DNA of 64,000 nucleotides from contig NC_058135.1 of the NCBI RefSeq assembly GCF_016433145.1, positions 277,017,566 to 277,081,565 on the forward strand, read 5' to 3'. Source of the stretch: Gracilinanus agilis. Taxonomy: Eukaryota. Under the pieces are notes generated by a model. That model saw nothing but the letters and a program-made list of their open reading frames with translations. It ran no database searches and was not told the DNA's origin. The translations under genes were made by a program, and so were the position numbers. Positions 49,357 through 61,049 of this stretch are shown piece after piece; the first letter of the stretch is position 1; each line of letters starts with the position of its first letter.

Positions 49357-51837
49357 CACACATTGTTTTGCTGATGTCACTTAACCCAAGTCTATTCCAC
49401 TGATCCTCCTTTCTATCTCTTAACCAGTACCATATTGTTTTGATGACTGCTGCTTTATAGTATAGCTTAATATCTGGTAATGCTAGGCCAACTTCCTTCA
49501 CACTTTTTTTCATTATTTCCCTTGATATTCTTGATCTTTTGTTATTCCAAATAAACTTGGTTATAGTTTTTTTCTAATTCAGTAAAAAAGGGTTTTGGTA
49601 GTTTGATAGGTATAGCACTAAATAAGTAAATTAATTTGGGTAAAATGATCATTTTTATTATGTTAGCTCATCCTACCCATGAGCACTCAATGTTTTTCCA
49701 GTTGTTTAAAAGATCTAGTTTTAATTGTTTGGAAAGTGGTTTGTAGTTATGTTTGTATGATTCCTGTATTTGTTTTGGTAGATAGATTCCTAAGTATTTT
49801 ATATAGTCTAGGGTGATTTTAAATGGTGTTTCTCTTTCTACCTCTTGCTTCTGCGATGTGTTGGAAATATATAGAAATGCTGATGATTTATGTGCATTTA
49901 TTTTGTACCCTACAACTCTGCTAAAGTTGTTGATTATTTCTACTAGCTTTTTAGTTGATTCTCTAGGATTTTTTAAGTAGACCATCATATCATCTGCAAA
50001 GAGTGATAGCTTAGTCTCCTCCTTGCCTATTTTGATACTTTCAATTTCTTTTTCTTCTCTAATTGCTACAGCAAGTGTTTCTAGCACAATGTTAAATAAT
50101 AGAGCTGATAATGGGCATTCTTGTTTCACACCTGATCTTATTGGAAAGGCATCTAATTTATTCCCATTGCATATGATGCTTGTTGATGGATTAAGATATA
50201 TACTGTTTATTATTTTTAGGAAAGGACCTTCTATTCCCATACTTTCTGGTGTTTTCAGTAGGAATGGGTGTTGTATTTTTTCAAAGGCTTTTCCAGCATC
50301 TATTGAGATAATCAAGTGGTTTTTGTTGTTTTTCTTGTTGATATAGTCAATTATGTGGATGGTTTTCCTAATGTTGAACCATCCTGGTATAAATCCCACC
50401 TGATCATGATGGATAACCCATCAAGAGCCCAACTTTTGGGACAAAAACACACTATTTGACAAAAACTGCTGGGAAAATTGGAAAACAATATAGGAGAGAT
50501 TAAGTTTAGATCAACATCTCACACCCTACACCAAGATAAATTCAGAATGGGTGAAACTGTAAAGAAGGAAACTGTAAGTAAATTAAGTGAACACAGAATA
50601 GTATACTTGTCAGATCTCTGGGAAAGGAAAGATTTTAAAACCAAGCAAGAGTTAGAAAAATTACAAAATTTAAAATAAATACTTTTGATTATATTAAATT
50701 AAAAAGTTTATTGTACAAACAAAATCAATGCAACCAAAATCAGAAGGGAAACAACAAACTGGAAAAAAAATCTTTATAACAAAAAATTCTGACAGAGGTC
50801 TAATTACTCAAATATACAAGGAGCTAAATCAATTGTATAAAAAATTAAGCCATTCCCCAATTGATAAATGGGCAAGGGACATGAATAGGCAATTTTCAGA
50901 TAAAGAAATAAAAAGTATCAATAAACACATGAGAAAGTGTTCTAAATCTCTAATAATTAGAGAAATGCAAATGAAAACAACTCTGAGGTACCACCTCACA
51001 CCTAGCAGATTAGCAAAAATGATAGCAGGGGAGAGTAATAAATGTTGGAGGGGATGTGGCAAAATTGGTATGTTAATGCACTGCTGGTGGATTTGTAAAC
51101 TTATCCAACCATTCTGGATGGCAATTTGGAACTATGCCCAAAGAGCAATAAAAGAATGTCTGTCCCTTGATCCAGCCTTACCATTACTGGGTTTTTACCC
51201 CAAAGAGATCATAGATGAACAGACTTGCACAAAAATATCTATAACTGCACTCTTTGTGGTAGCAAAAAACTGGAAAGCAAGGGTATGCCCTTCAAATGGG
51301 GAATGGCTGAACCAACTGTGGTATATGCTGGTGATGGAATACTATTGTGTTCATAGGAATAACAAACTGGAGGAATTCCATGTGAACTGGAAAGATCTCC
51401 AGGAATTGATGCAGAGTGAAAGGAGCAGAGCCAGAAGAACTTTGTACACAGAGACTGATACGCTGTGGTAAAATCGAATGTAATGGACGTCTGTACTAGC
51501 AGCAATGCAATGACCCAAGACAATTCTGAGGGATTTATGGAAAAGAACGCTACCCACATTCAGAGGAAGAACTACAGGAGTGGAAACGTAGAAGGAAAAC
51601 AACTGCTTGAACATTTGGGTTGATGAGGACATGATTGGGCATGTAGAACTGAAAGGACCACACCAATGTAACTATCAATAATATGTAAATAAGTCTTGAC
51701 TGACCCCACATGTTAAAACCAGTGGAAATGCGAATTGGCTATGGGGGCAGGGTGAAGGGGGTGAAGGGTAAAGTAAAAACATGAGTTATGTAACCATGGA
51801 AAATTTTTCTACAAATAAAATTTAATCAAAATAAATA
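49357..51837. mobile_element. 5'-inverted (twin-primed) L1: antisense RT part 49357-~50415 plus sense 3' part ~50415-51837
   Basis: Minus ORF 50399-49668 carries RT motifs ([13 protein letters not shown]). The sense part runs to the 3'UTR and A-tail. The two pieces abut in L1 coordinates. Candidate TSD TGAAAATAAT at 49347-49356 and 51838-51847. Confidence 0.87.
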
Positions 51838-52978
51838 TGAAAATAATATAAACATCTAATTAATAAAATTATTATGGGGATTAAATGAGATTATATCAAT
51901 GGAAACAAGAATAATACATTAATTGAAAGCTCTTTTATTAAGAATTCAATATGTGCCAAGCACTGTGCTAGGGACTGGGGATTTTTAAAAAGGGAAAGAA
52001 AATCTCTACCTTAAATGATTTCAAAAGTGAATGGATTCCTATGACGAACATCTTGTTATTCAAACTTGTTGAGATGGGAATGGTAAGTGAGAGCATACGT
52101 GAATTGATTGCCCAACCACTTGATGGAACAGATATGGAACAGATTTGTTTTGATCAAGGCTCTTTAAATTGAAACTAGATATGGCAGGTGGTGAAGAAGG
52201 AAAGAAAGTTGTGTAAAGGGAAAGGTTACTATTGCTTGTAGTAAGTGAAGGGAAATATACTTGGGGTCTTCCTGAAATAAATACAACATGAATATTAGTT
52301 GGCAATTAAGACAGAAAGAACTTAAAAGTCAAATTGATAGAAGAATTTAAATACCTAGGTTATTGCTATATTATTGACAGGATTCTGTGACTAGATTGTC
52401 AGTCCTGGAGTCAGGAAGACTCATTTTTCTGAGTTCATATTGACCTGAAACACTTTCTAGCAATGTGACCCTGGGTAAGTCACTTAATCTTGGTTTATGT
52501 CAGTTCCTTATCCATAAACTGAGCTGAAGAAGGAAATTGCAAACCACTCTAATAGCTTTGCCAACAAAATCCGAAATGGCATCATGAAGAGTCAGATATG
52601 ACTTTAATGATGGGACAATAAAATTCTTATTTTGCCTTCTTATCTCACCTCTCTTTACATCTTGTCTTTTTCTGTTGAAAGCATCATCATCTTCCCAGCT
52701 ATATCCTTGATGCCAAGGTTTGATTCTTCTTCATCTCTCTCTTTTCCCTCTTTTTCCAATTCAACCAGATAATCAAATTAATTACATCTACATAATAGCT
52801 CTTGATGATGGCTATTGGCCCAGAGTCATGGTACAATGGAAGTCAAATCAAGAAACACTCAAAAACAAGTGGAGCAACTTACACTGGGAAAAATTAGAAT
52901 ACATCACATAAGAAATTGTAACAAAGTACTGTAATGGATATCATCAGAGAATAGTTCAATTATTAAAAAGTTGTGTTA

Positions 52979-53165
52979 CGGGGCAGCTGGGTAACTCAGT
53001 GGATCGAGAGTCAGGCCTAGAGATGGAGGTCCTAGGTTCAAATTTGGCCTCACACACTTCCCAGCTGTGTAACCCTGGGCAAGTCCCTTGACTCCCATTG
53101 CCCACCCTTACCACTCTTACACCTAGAAGTCAATACACAGAAGTTAAGGGTTTAAAAATTTAAAA
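52979..53165 (+). mobile_element. Opossum SINE1 with 14-bp TSD
   Basis: AAAAAGTTGTGTTA at 52965-52978 and 53166-53179; A-box/B-box-like head. Confidence 0.92.
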
Positions 53166-55389
53166 AAAAAGTTGTGTTAGTCATGTAGAGAAGATCATTA
53201 ATAAAGCATAGAAAGCCTATTGAGTTTAAATGCCATATCAAGAAATCTTCTGATAACATTGAATAGATTCCTTGTAGTGAACTTAAGAGAGAGTATGGTT
53301 AAAAGTTGCACACATTAATAGAAACAGGAAGGAAGAATAAAAGAAAAGTAAGGACATTTTATTAGGTTCCTTTTATGTAGTCAACATTGTTTTAAGTGCG
53401 TTAGATATATTAGCTGATATTGGCTCTCAAAACAACCATGGTCAGGAGGTAGAATTGTTTTTCCCACTTAATAACTTAAAAACTGAGGCAAAGAGGCTAA
53501 ATTATTTTCTCACAGTCACAAAGCTAATAAATGTTTGTGGCCAGATCTAAACTCAGGCCTTCTGGCAGTTAGCTGGTACAGTGGAGATAATGCTGGGCTT
53601 AAAGTCAGGAAGATCTGACTTCAAATCTGTCCTCTGACACTTACTACCTGTGTGATTCTGAGCGAGTCACTTAAGCCTGTTTTCTTGATTTTTTTCATCT
53701 TTAAGAGGAGTTGGATAAGGAAATGGAAAACTACTCCAGTATATTTTCCAAGAAAACCTCAAAAAGAGTCACAAAGTGTTGGACACAAATGAAAAATGAC
53801 TGAAGAACATAACTTCTGACTAAAATTCTAATACTTAATCCATTGCACCATAAAATTTATAAATGGTTTATCATCTGTGCTGTTTTACAGGATAGTCACA
53901 TTGATTATATCTCATAGATTTGGAGATAGGGGGACCATTGGAAATCATCTAGTCCAATTACTTCATTTTACATATGAGTAAACTGAGGCACAAGAAATTA
54001 AGTGGCTTGCCCAAGATCATACAGGAATTAAGTGAAAGAATTATGATTTGAGCTCAAGACATCTGCCTCCATTCAACATTCTTTCCATTGCCCTATGCCA
54101 TCTCCATTACATCAATGATATCACATGTATCAGTGTATATAGAAGTAACTTCTTTGAGATCCATTCCCTTTTTTCCCAATTTTAAACTCATTTTATTAAC
54201 CTTCTTCTCAGCATCTCTACCTTAATCTCTTTTCTATCAATCCAGCCATCTGCATATTTGTCAAAATATGTCTTTTAAAGTATATTTCTCATCACCCAGA
54301 ATAGAATGTTTTAATGGTTCCTTATATCTGACCTTAAGACTTACTACTTTCCAACTGTATTACACTGAATACGTCACTTACCCTCTGTTTGCCTTAGTTT
54401 TCTCATCTATAAAATGGAAATAATAAAAGCATTGACCTCCCAGGATTGTTATAAGGACCAAATGATGAAATAATAATTATACTGAACCTAGCACAATGAC
54501 TGGCACATAATAAGCACTATATAAATGTTGCATATTCTTATTTCTTCATGGATAAGACAAAAATCTTTACGGAGGCATTTAAAACCCTTGGAAGTATGAT
54601 TTATGGTTATTTTTCTAGGCTTATTCCATCCTATTCTTTCATCATTTCTGCATTTCTAGAAAACTGGGTCTAATTTTTTCCATAATTCACATTTTCTGTC
54701 TAGAATATATTTCCTCATCAGCTATATCACTGAGAATCCTTTCTTTTCCCCTTTCATTTTTAGTTCAGTTGCTTCCTCTAACATGAACCCATTATGGACC
54801 ATGATCTCCTACATTTTTAGTGCTTTCCCCACTTCTTTACTTTTCTTTTAAACAAATCTATCTTTGTTCTTGACATATCTTTCTAGGAGAAAGTATAATC
54901 ATTATAGAAAGGAATTGTTTCATTTTTATCTCTGAATCTAGTACTTGACAGCTAGGTGGCACAGTAGATAAAGTATTGGGCTTGAAATCAGGAAGATTCA
55001 TCTTCCTGAATTTGAATTTGTCCTCAGATATTTATTAGCATTTTGAGTATGGACGAGTTATTTAACTCTGTTTACCTCACTTTCTTTATCTGTAAAATAA
55101 GCTAGAGAAAGAAATGGAAACATATTCTAATACATTTGCTGAGAAGCCTCAAATGGGGTCACAAAGAGTTGGACACTATTGAAAAATGTTTGAATATAAC
55201 TCTAATGTTTATTATATATAGTAGGTGCTTTAAAAATGCTAAATTGAATTGAATCCAATCAATATTTAGTAAACACTTACTAAGTATCACATATATTTGT
55301 TATACTCAGGTGATACAGTTAAAAATTAAAAAAAAACAAAACATTGCCTTTGTCCTCAAAGAGCTTCCACCCTATAAGAGAAAATGTTA

Positions 55390-55562
55390 NNNNNNNNNNN
55401 NNNNNNNNNNNNNNNNNNNNNNNNNNNNNNNNNNNNNNNNNNNNNNNNNNNNNNNNNNNNNNNNNNNNNNNNNNNNNNNNNNNNNNNNNNNNNNNNNNNN
55501 NNNNNNNNNNNNNNNNNNNNNNNNNNNNNNNNNNNNNNNNNNNNNNNNNNNNNNNNNNNNNN
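55390..55562. other. Assembly gap (173 N)
   Basis: Run of N. Confidence 1.
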
Positions 55563-55753
55563 CAGTGGTTCCCAAACTTTTTTGGCCTACCACTCCCTTT
55601 CCAGAAAAAATATTACTTAGCCCCTGGAAATTAATTTTTTTTATTTTAATAGCAATTAATAGGAAAGATAAATGCATCTGTGGCTATCATCAACCTCTCT
55701 GGATTGCTGCAGCACCCACCAGGGGGAGGTGGCACCCACTTTGGGAATCACTG
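55563..55753. mobile_element. hAT MITE, OposCharlie3-like, 191 bp
   Basis: TIRs cagtggttcccaaact / actttgggaatcactg. The left TSD is hidden in the gap. Confidence 0.85.
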
Positions 55754-58700
55754 ACATACACACATAATTGTATATATGATCAGCATAAATGACGGGCTCA
55801 TGGATATGGAGCTGGAAGGTATTATACCTATTAAGGTGCAGAGTGGTATTTATTTGTGCAGGGTTACAAGCTAGAAAGTGCCTGAGGAAAGATTTGGACT
55901 TACACCTTCCTCATCTAAAGACCTGTTTTCCTATCTCCTACTCAGAAGTTTCTCATTTTAGGGAGAAGGCACTAGCATTTAGGGATTTTAGGAAAGGTTG
56001 TGTGTTGAATATATCAATTAGCCTTAGTTATGAAAGAAACTAAGGATTCTTAGAAATGGTGATGCATATAAAGTAGAGGGGACAGCTTGTTCAAAGGTTC
56101 TGAGATGGGAGGTGGAATGCCATGTATGAGAACTAGCAAGACAATATAGAATGTAAAGGGATGTAATGTATGATGAGCTTTGACAAGTATCTTGAAATCT
56201 AATTGTGAAGTTTTTTAAGTGCTGAATAAAGTTCATACTTGACACTAGAGAAGAAAAGGAGTGGCTAAAGTTGATTGGGTACTGGAGTAGCCTCCACATA
56301 CCTGTTAAGAATATGAACCTGCCTTTATTGAGTTCTATTCAATGGATATTTACTGGACACTTGATGAGTAAAAGGTCCTGTTCTAGGCACTAGATTTCAA
56401 AAGTTGAAGTATGATAATGATGCTGTTCTTAAGAGGTTTATTATTCTTGGGTAGAAATGAAGAAGAAGATTTATCATGTGAAATGAGGAAATCAGATTTG
56501 ATGGAATCTATGTCTCCAGTTCTAAATCTATACTCCTTCAATCCTTTGTATATAAACATAATGCAAAAATAAATGAGAGAAGGCCAAAGAAGAGATCCAG
56601 AAAAACAATACTGATGAAACATTTGAAGATGAGAAGATTCTTTTTGGATCCTTTATTTATCAGTTTTAATCTTAACCTACCCTTTTAAGAGCTAGTTTAG
56701 GGAGCCAGCTTCCTTCATTACATCTTCCCTGATTACCCAGAATTCCTAGTCTTTTGGTCCTCTCAAATTCTTTGGTAATTACAATATGAAACCTTTTTGA
56801 ACCCTTATCATATATTGCCTCTGAACTAGGTAGTGTGATTAATAGGGTATTTGCCCTGGAGTCATGAGGGCCTGAATTCAAGTCCTATCTGAGATAACCT
56901 GGGCAGATCCTTTAACTTCTGTTTGTCTTGGTTTGCTCAACTGTTATATGAGGAAGATGATATCATTTATCTCACATACAAGTTGTGAAACTCAAATGAG
57001 ATAATATACCTAGAGGACTTGGTTTAGTTCTTAGCACCTAGTGGGAACTTAGTAGATAATTATTCCCTTCCCCATACCTTTATCCATATCCATTTTCACA
57101 TTGTTTGATCTAACCTGTGAGGTCTTTGAGAGCAAGGATAGAGCCTGGGCATGGGACTTCATTGGTACAGCTAAATCTCAGGTCAGGAAACTTTATCTAC
57201 GTGTGGAAGTTGGCATCTTCTACATATCTAATAGATCTGGGATATAGAGATTAAGAGAATTACCCAGGTCCATACAATCAATATGAATCAGAGATGGAAT
57301 TTGAACCCAGATATACTCAATATCAAAAATGATTCTCTATGCATCTGTGAAGTCAAAGACTGATACTTCAAATGGAGTAAGCATTTGTAAATGTGTCCTA
57401 TCCCCCACAAAGCTTTCCATCATCCCTCCACCCATTGGTAGTTTTGTTTTCCCCTTCTTTAATTTATTTGTGTTCATGTTGTATATAGTTGTATGTAAAT
57501 ATGAGCACATATATTGTAAACTAGCCTCTTTCCTTGATCTCTTAGAATATTAGTTCTAAGCAGTTAATATTATTCAGCTCTCATCACTTAGATCTAGGAA
57601 GGAATTTAGAGTTAGGTTAGGTAGAGACTATTTTAATTGAGGAAACTGAGGCCTTGGAGGGATTGACTTGCCATAAGTTCACCTAGATAGAAAGTAGCAT
57701 TTATGAGATTTGAATACAGGTCCTCTGATTTCATACCAGAACACTCATAAAAGTGTCTAGATGGAATTAATTAGATTTTATTAAAATTAAAAGAGATTTT
57801 AGATACTTCATTTGGATGGAACCTAAAGGACATTTAGCTAAGTTACACTTATTGAGAGGCAAAAGGATAAATGGATTTCCATAAAGAGTATAAGACCAAG
57901 GTATTTAGAGTCCAAAGAACCAAGGCCAATTCTCTCATTTCAGGAATGGAAAAGCTGAGGCCCAGAAAGGAGATGGGTTTCACCCAAGGGGACCCAGATA
58001 ATATAATGTCAGATTCAGAATTTGAAATCATTTTTCTGACTTCAAACCCAATTATCAATCTCCTATATTCCTCTTCTTAAGGAGATTAAGAGACATCCCT
58101 CTTTAGGTGTCCATCATTCTTTCATATTCCAACTTTAAAATAATTGGACTATTATGGGTCTTGTCTAAATGGGAATGAACTGAGATGAAGTTTGCTCACA
58201 ACTAATGAGGAAAAGCCTCTGGGTCCTATTACAGAGTCAATGTTTGCAAAGAGATAATTCCCTTCAGTAATGATTATAAGAAAGTGAAGCTGACAGGTTA
58301 ATAGGTTTCCAGGGGCCTTATTATGCAACTGAGTTTGTACAGAAAAAAAAACTTAACTTAATGCATCCCTTTGAAAGTTGAGTTTAATAGTCCCAGAGAA
58401 TGCCCATCAAGGCTAACGAATGCAACAGAACATTTGAAATGCTGTCACACCTGAGTCCTCAATTCTGTGTCCTCTACTAGGGAAAAATTAATAGAGATAA
58501 TTTGCTGGTTCTCATTAAGCTCATCCTTTGGTGCTCTTGGTCAAATCACTTACTATTTCTCAGCTTTGTTACTTGGTAGCTATAGGGCAATGGTAAGTGT
58601 GCTGGTTCTCAAGTGTGTAGACCCAGGTTAAAATCTCTCATCTATTCTTTAGAAAAATATATCTTTTTAAATTTACTATATGGAGAGCATTAGGAAAGCC

Positions 58701-59268
58701 ATTTAACTTTACTTGGCCTCAGTTTCCTTATCTGTTCAAATGGAGGCTAGACAATATGGCCACTAAGATTTCTTCTAGATATGAATCAATGACATGATCT
58801 ATAAAATTACTAACTGATCACTGAGATACTGTCTAGCTGTGTGTGCTATGCAATGGATTTAACTTAGGCCTGAAGAATTGGTGCTTATTTTTATGGCTAA
58901 GCTGAAGTTAGAAAGGCAACTTCTTCCTCTTGACTTACCATGTGAATAAGAGGAAGTCATCCAAAATCCCATAACCTCAGTTTCTGCATCTGTCAAAAGG
59001 GACTAATAATAGTTTTACTACCTGAATCATAAAGTAACTGTTGTGAGAGAAGCATTCCATAAACTTGACAGCATCTTGTAAATCTTAAAGGCCTAGGGAA
59101 ATATGAGTCATCTTCATCTTCAACACCACCACCATCATCATCAACATCATGGACACTAGTGGCCTCAGACTCTCACCACACTATTTACCTGACATCATTT
59201 GCATTCATTCCCAGGAATCATGCAGTTCTATGTAAAGAATGACCTTTCACATAGACTAGATAGTCTAT

Positions 59269-59454
59269 ATCAGTGATGGTCAAACTTTTTAAAGAGGGGG
59301 CAAAGGAAAGGAAATGCTCATCTGTCAGTCTGTTTCTAAGGCAACTCTTTCAAAGTTTCATTGTATTTATCCTACTCATTGTAGTCATCAGATTAGGAAT
59401 AATGTCAAGGAGTCCGATAGAATATTTCAGGAGGCCTCAGTTTGTCCATCACTG
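59269..59454. mobile_element. hAT MITE, OposCharlie1-like, about 186 bp
   Basis: TIRs cagtgatggtcaaact / agtttgtccatcactg; perfect 8-bp TSD GTCTATAT on both sides. Confidence 0.9.
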
Positions 59455-61049
59455 GTCTATATGATATAATGTTTTTAGAAAATGACCTCCTTGCAGGCCC
59501 AAAGATATCTACAGCATGAGATGTCTGAAATTTCACCAACAGAGATTAACTACTTTGGGTATAATACTTATTTTTTGCAATACCTTTTTGAAAATATACC
59601 TATCCCTGTAGGCACTAAACTATGAAATATCTTTATTTTTAGCTTGAATGAGTTTCAGATCACCTTCCCCTGTAATAGGAGCAATATAATTTAGGTCAAC
59701 TTGAAAGTTATAGGAATTATAGGTGTGGAAACTTCCTACATCATAGGGGTAGGTTGTCTGTAATTTATTGCCATCCAGAGCCATATGGAACACTGAAAAG
59801 GGATGTGATCTACCTAGTGCTACACTGTATGTGGCAGAAGAAGGATCTGAACCAAAGTTTTAATAATGTCAATAGCCACATCCAGTCTACAACATTACTT
59901 CTCCTCATAAATATATACATCCAAGGATATATATATGCATACATATGTGGAAACAAATTTATACATATATGCCCAGAGGCATATGTTTATTTTTATATCA
60001 TATGTACAAATGTAAAAATAGCATAGTAGAATAGATCTAAGTTTAGCTTCAGAACTAGTGAAACATGGATTTAGGATCTATCCAGAAAAATACAATGTGA
60101 ATACGGGGAAATATTTTCATATCTGAGCAAGCATTTTTTGCATCTCTCTAAGATGTGCGTGCATACACACACAGTCACACACACTCAATTATATTCATTG
60201 AGAGACACAAAATAGAGTCATGAGAAATAAATAGGAGACCAGAAGAATGTCTTAAATCCTACTTTTCACGTATGAGTATAGTTCAGTCCCTTAATTTCTT
60301 CAATTTTTATTTTCTTCAAGCACAATAATCAAGGTAGAATTCATCTATAAAAAGATTACTTGTGAGGCTCCAGAGAGAAACACACACAAACAAGTACATA
60401 TATGTATATATGTATATACACACATATTTTTACATGGGTTTTAAAAACTTTAAAGCTCTATATAAATATCAGTTATCTCTATATTTTTTGTCTTATCGCT
60501 TCCTTTTATTTGTCACACTTATGATTTTCCCTTTATAAGGGGGATAACTATGATACTCTACAAATATGTAAATATAGTTAGTTTAAATCTTCGATCCATA
60601 CAGAATTGTTTTCCTTTGTATGTTGTACATTGTACATTGGCTCACAGTTAATTTTTCTCCTTATGGCTATTCATTAGATCTGAAACCATTTGTTAGTGAC
60701 ATTCGTTTTCTCCATTGTTGTGCTTTTAAATCAGGGAGAATAACTCTTTCTCTTGAAATGTATAATTTATTATGGAGTAAATACCATTCTAACTTAACTT
60801 AATACCCTGGTATTTATGCTTTTCTTGCTATTATAAATTTATTTTCTCTTTGCTGTCATGTTTTATAGCTAAATTATTAGTAAAAAGGAAACAAATAAGA
60901 ATGTTGTGAGTCCTGTTTATTTCTTGCTATATGCACTGGATGTCTTTATTATCTCTAAAGATTATATGATTTAATTCCTTTATTTTCCTTAAGTATATGC
61001 TTATATCATTAGTTAGGAAGATAGTAGCATCCTTAACCAGGAAGAAAAA

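Noticed and set aside
49668-51471. 243-aa and 247-aa ORFs suggesting an active reverse transcriptase
   Set aside because: They are fragments of one truncated, inverted L1 with deletions and no EN domain or ORF1, so it cannot be autonomous.
55310-55792. 160-aa ORF and overlapping ORFs
   Set aside because: Artefacts of translating through the N gap and a MITE.
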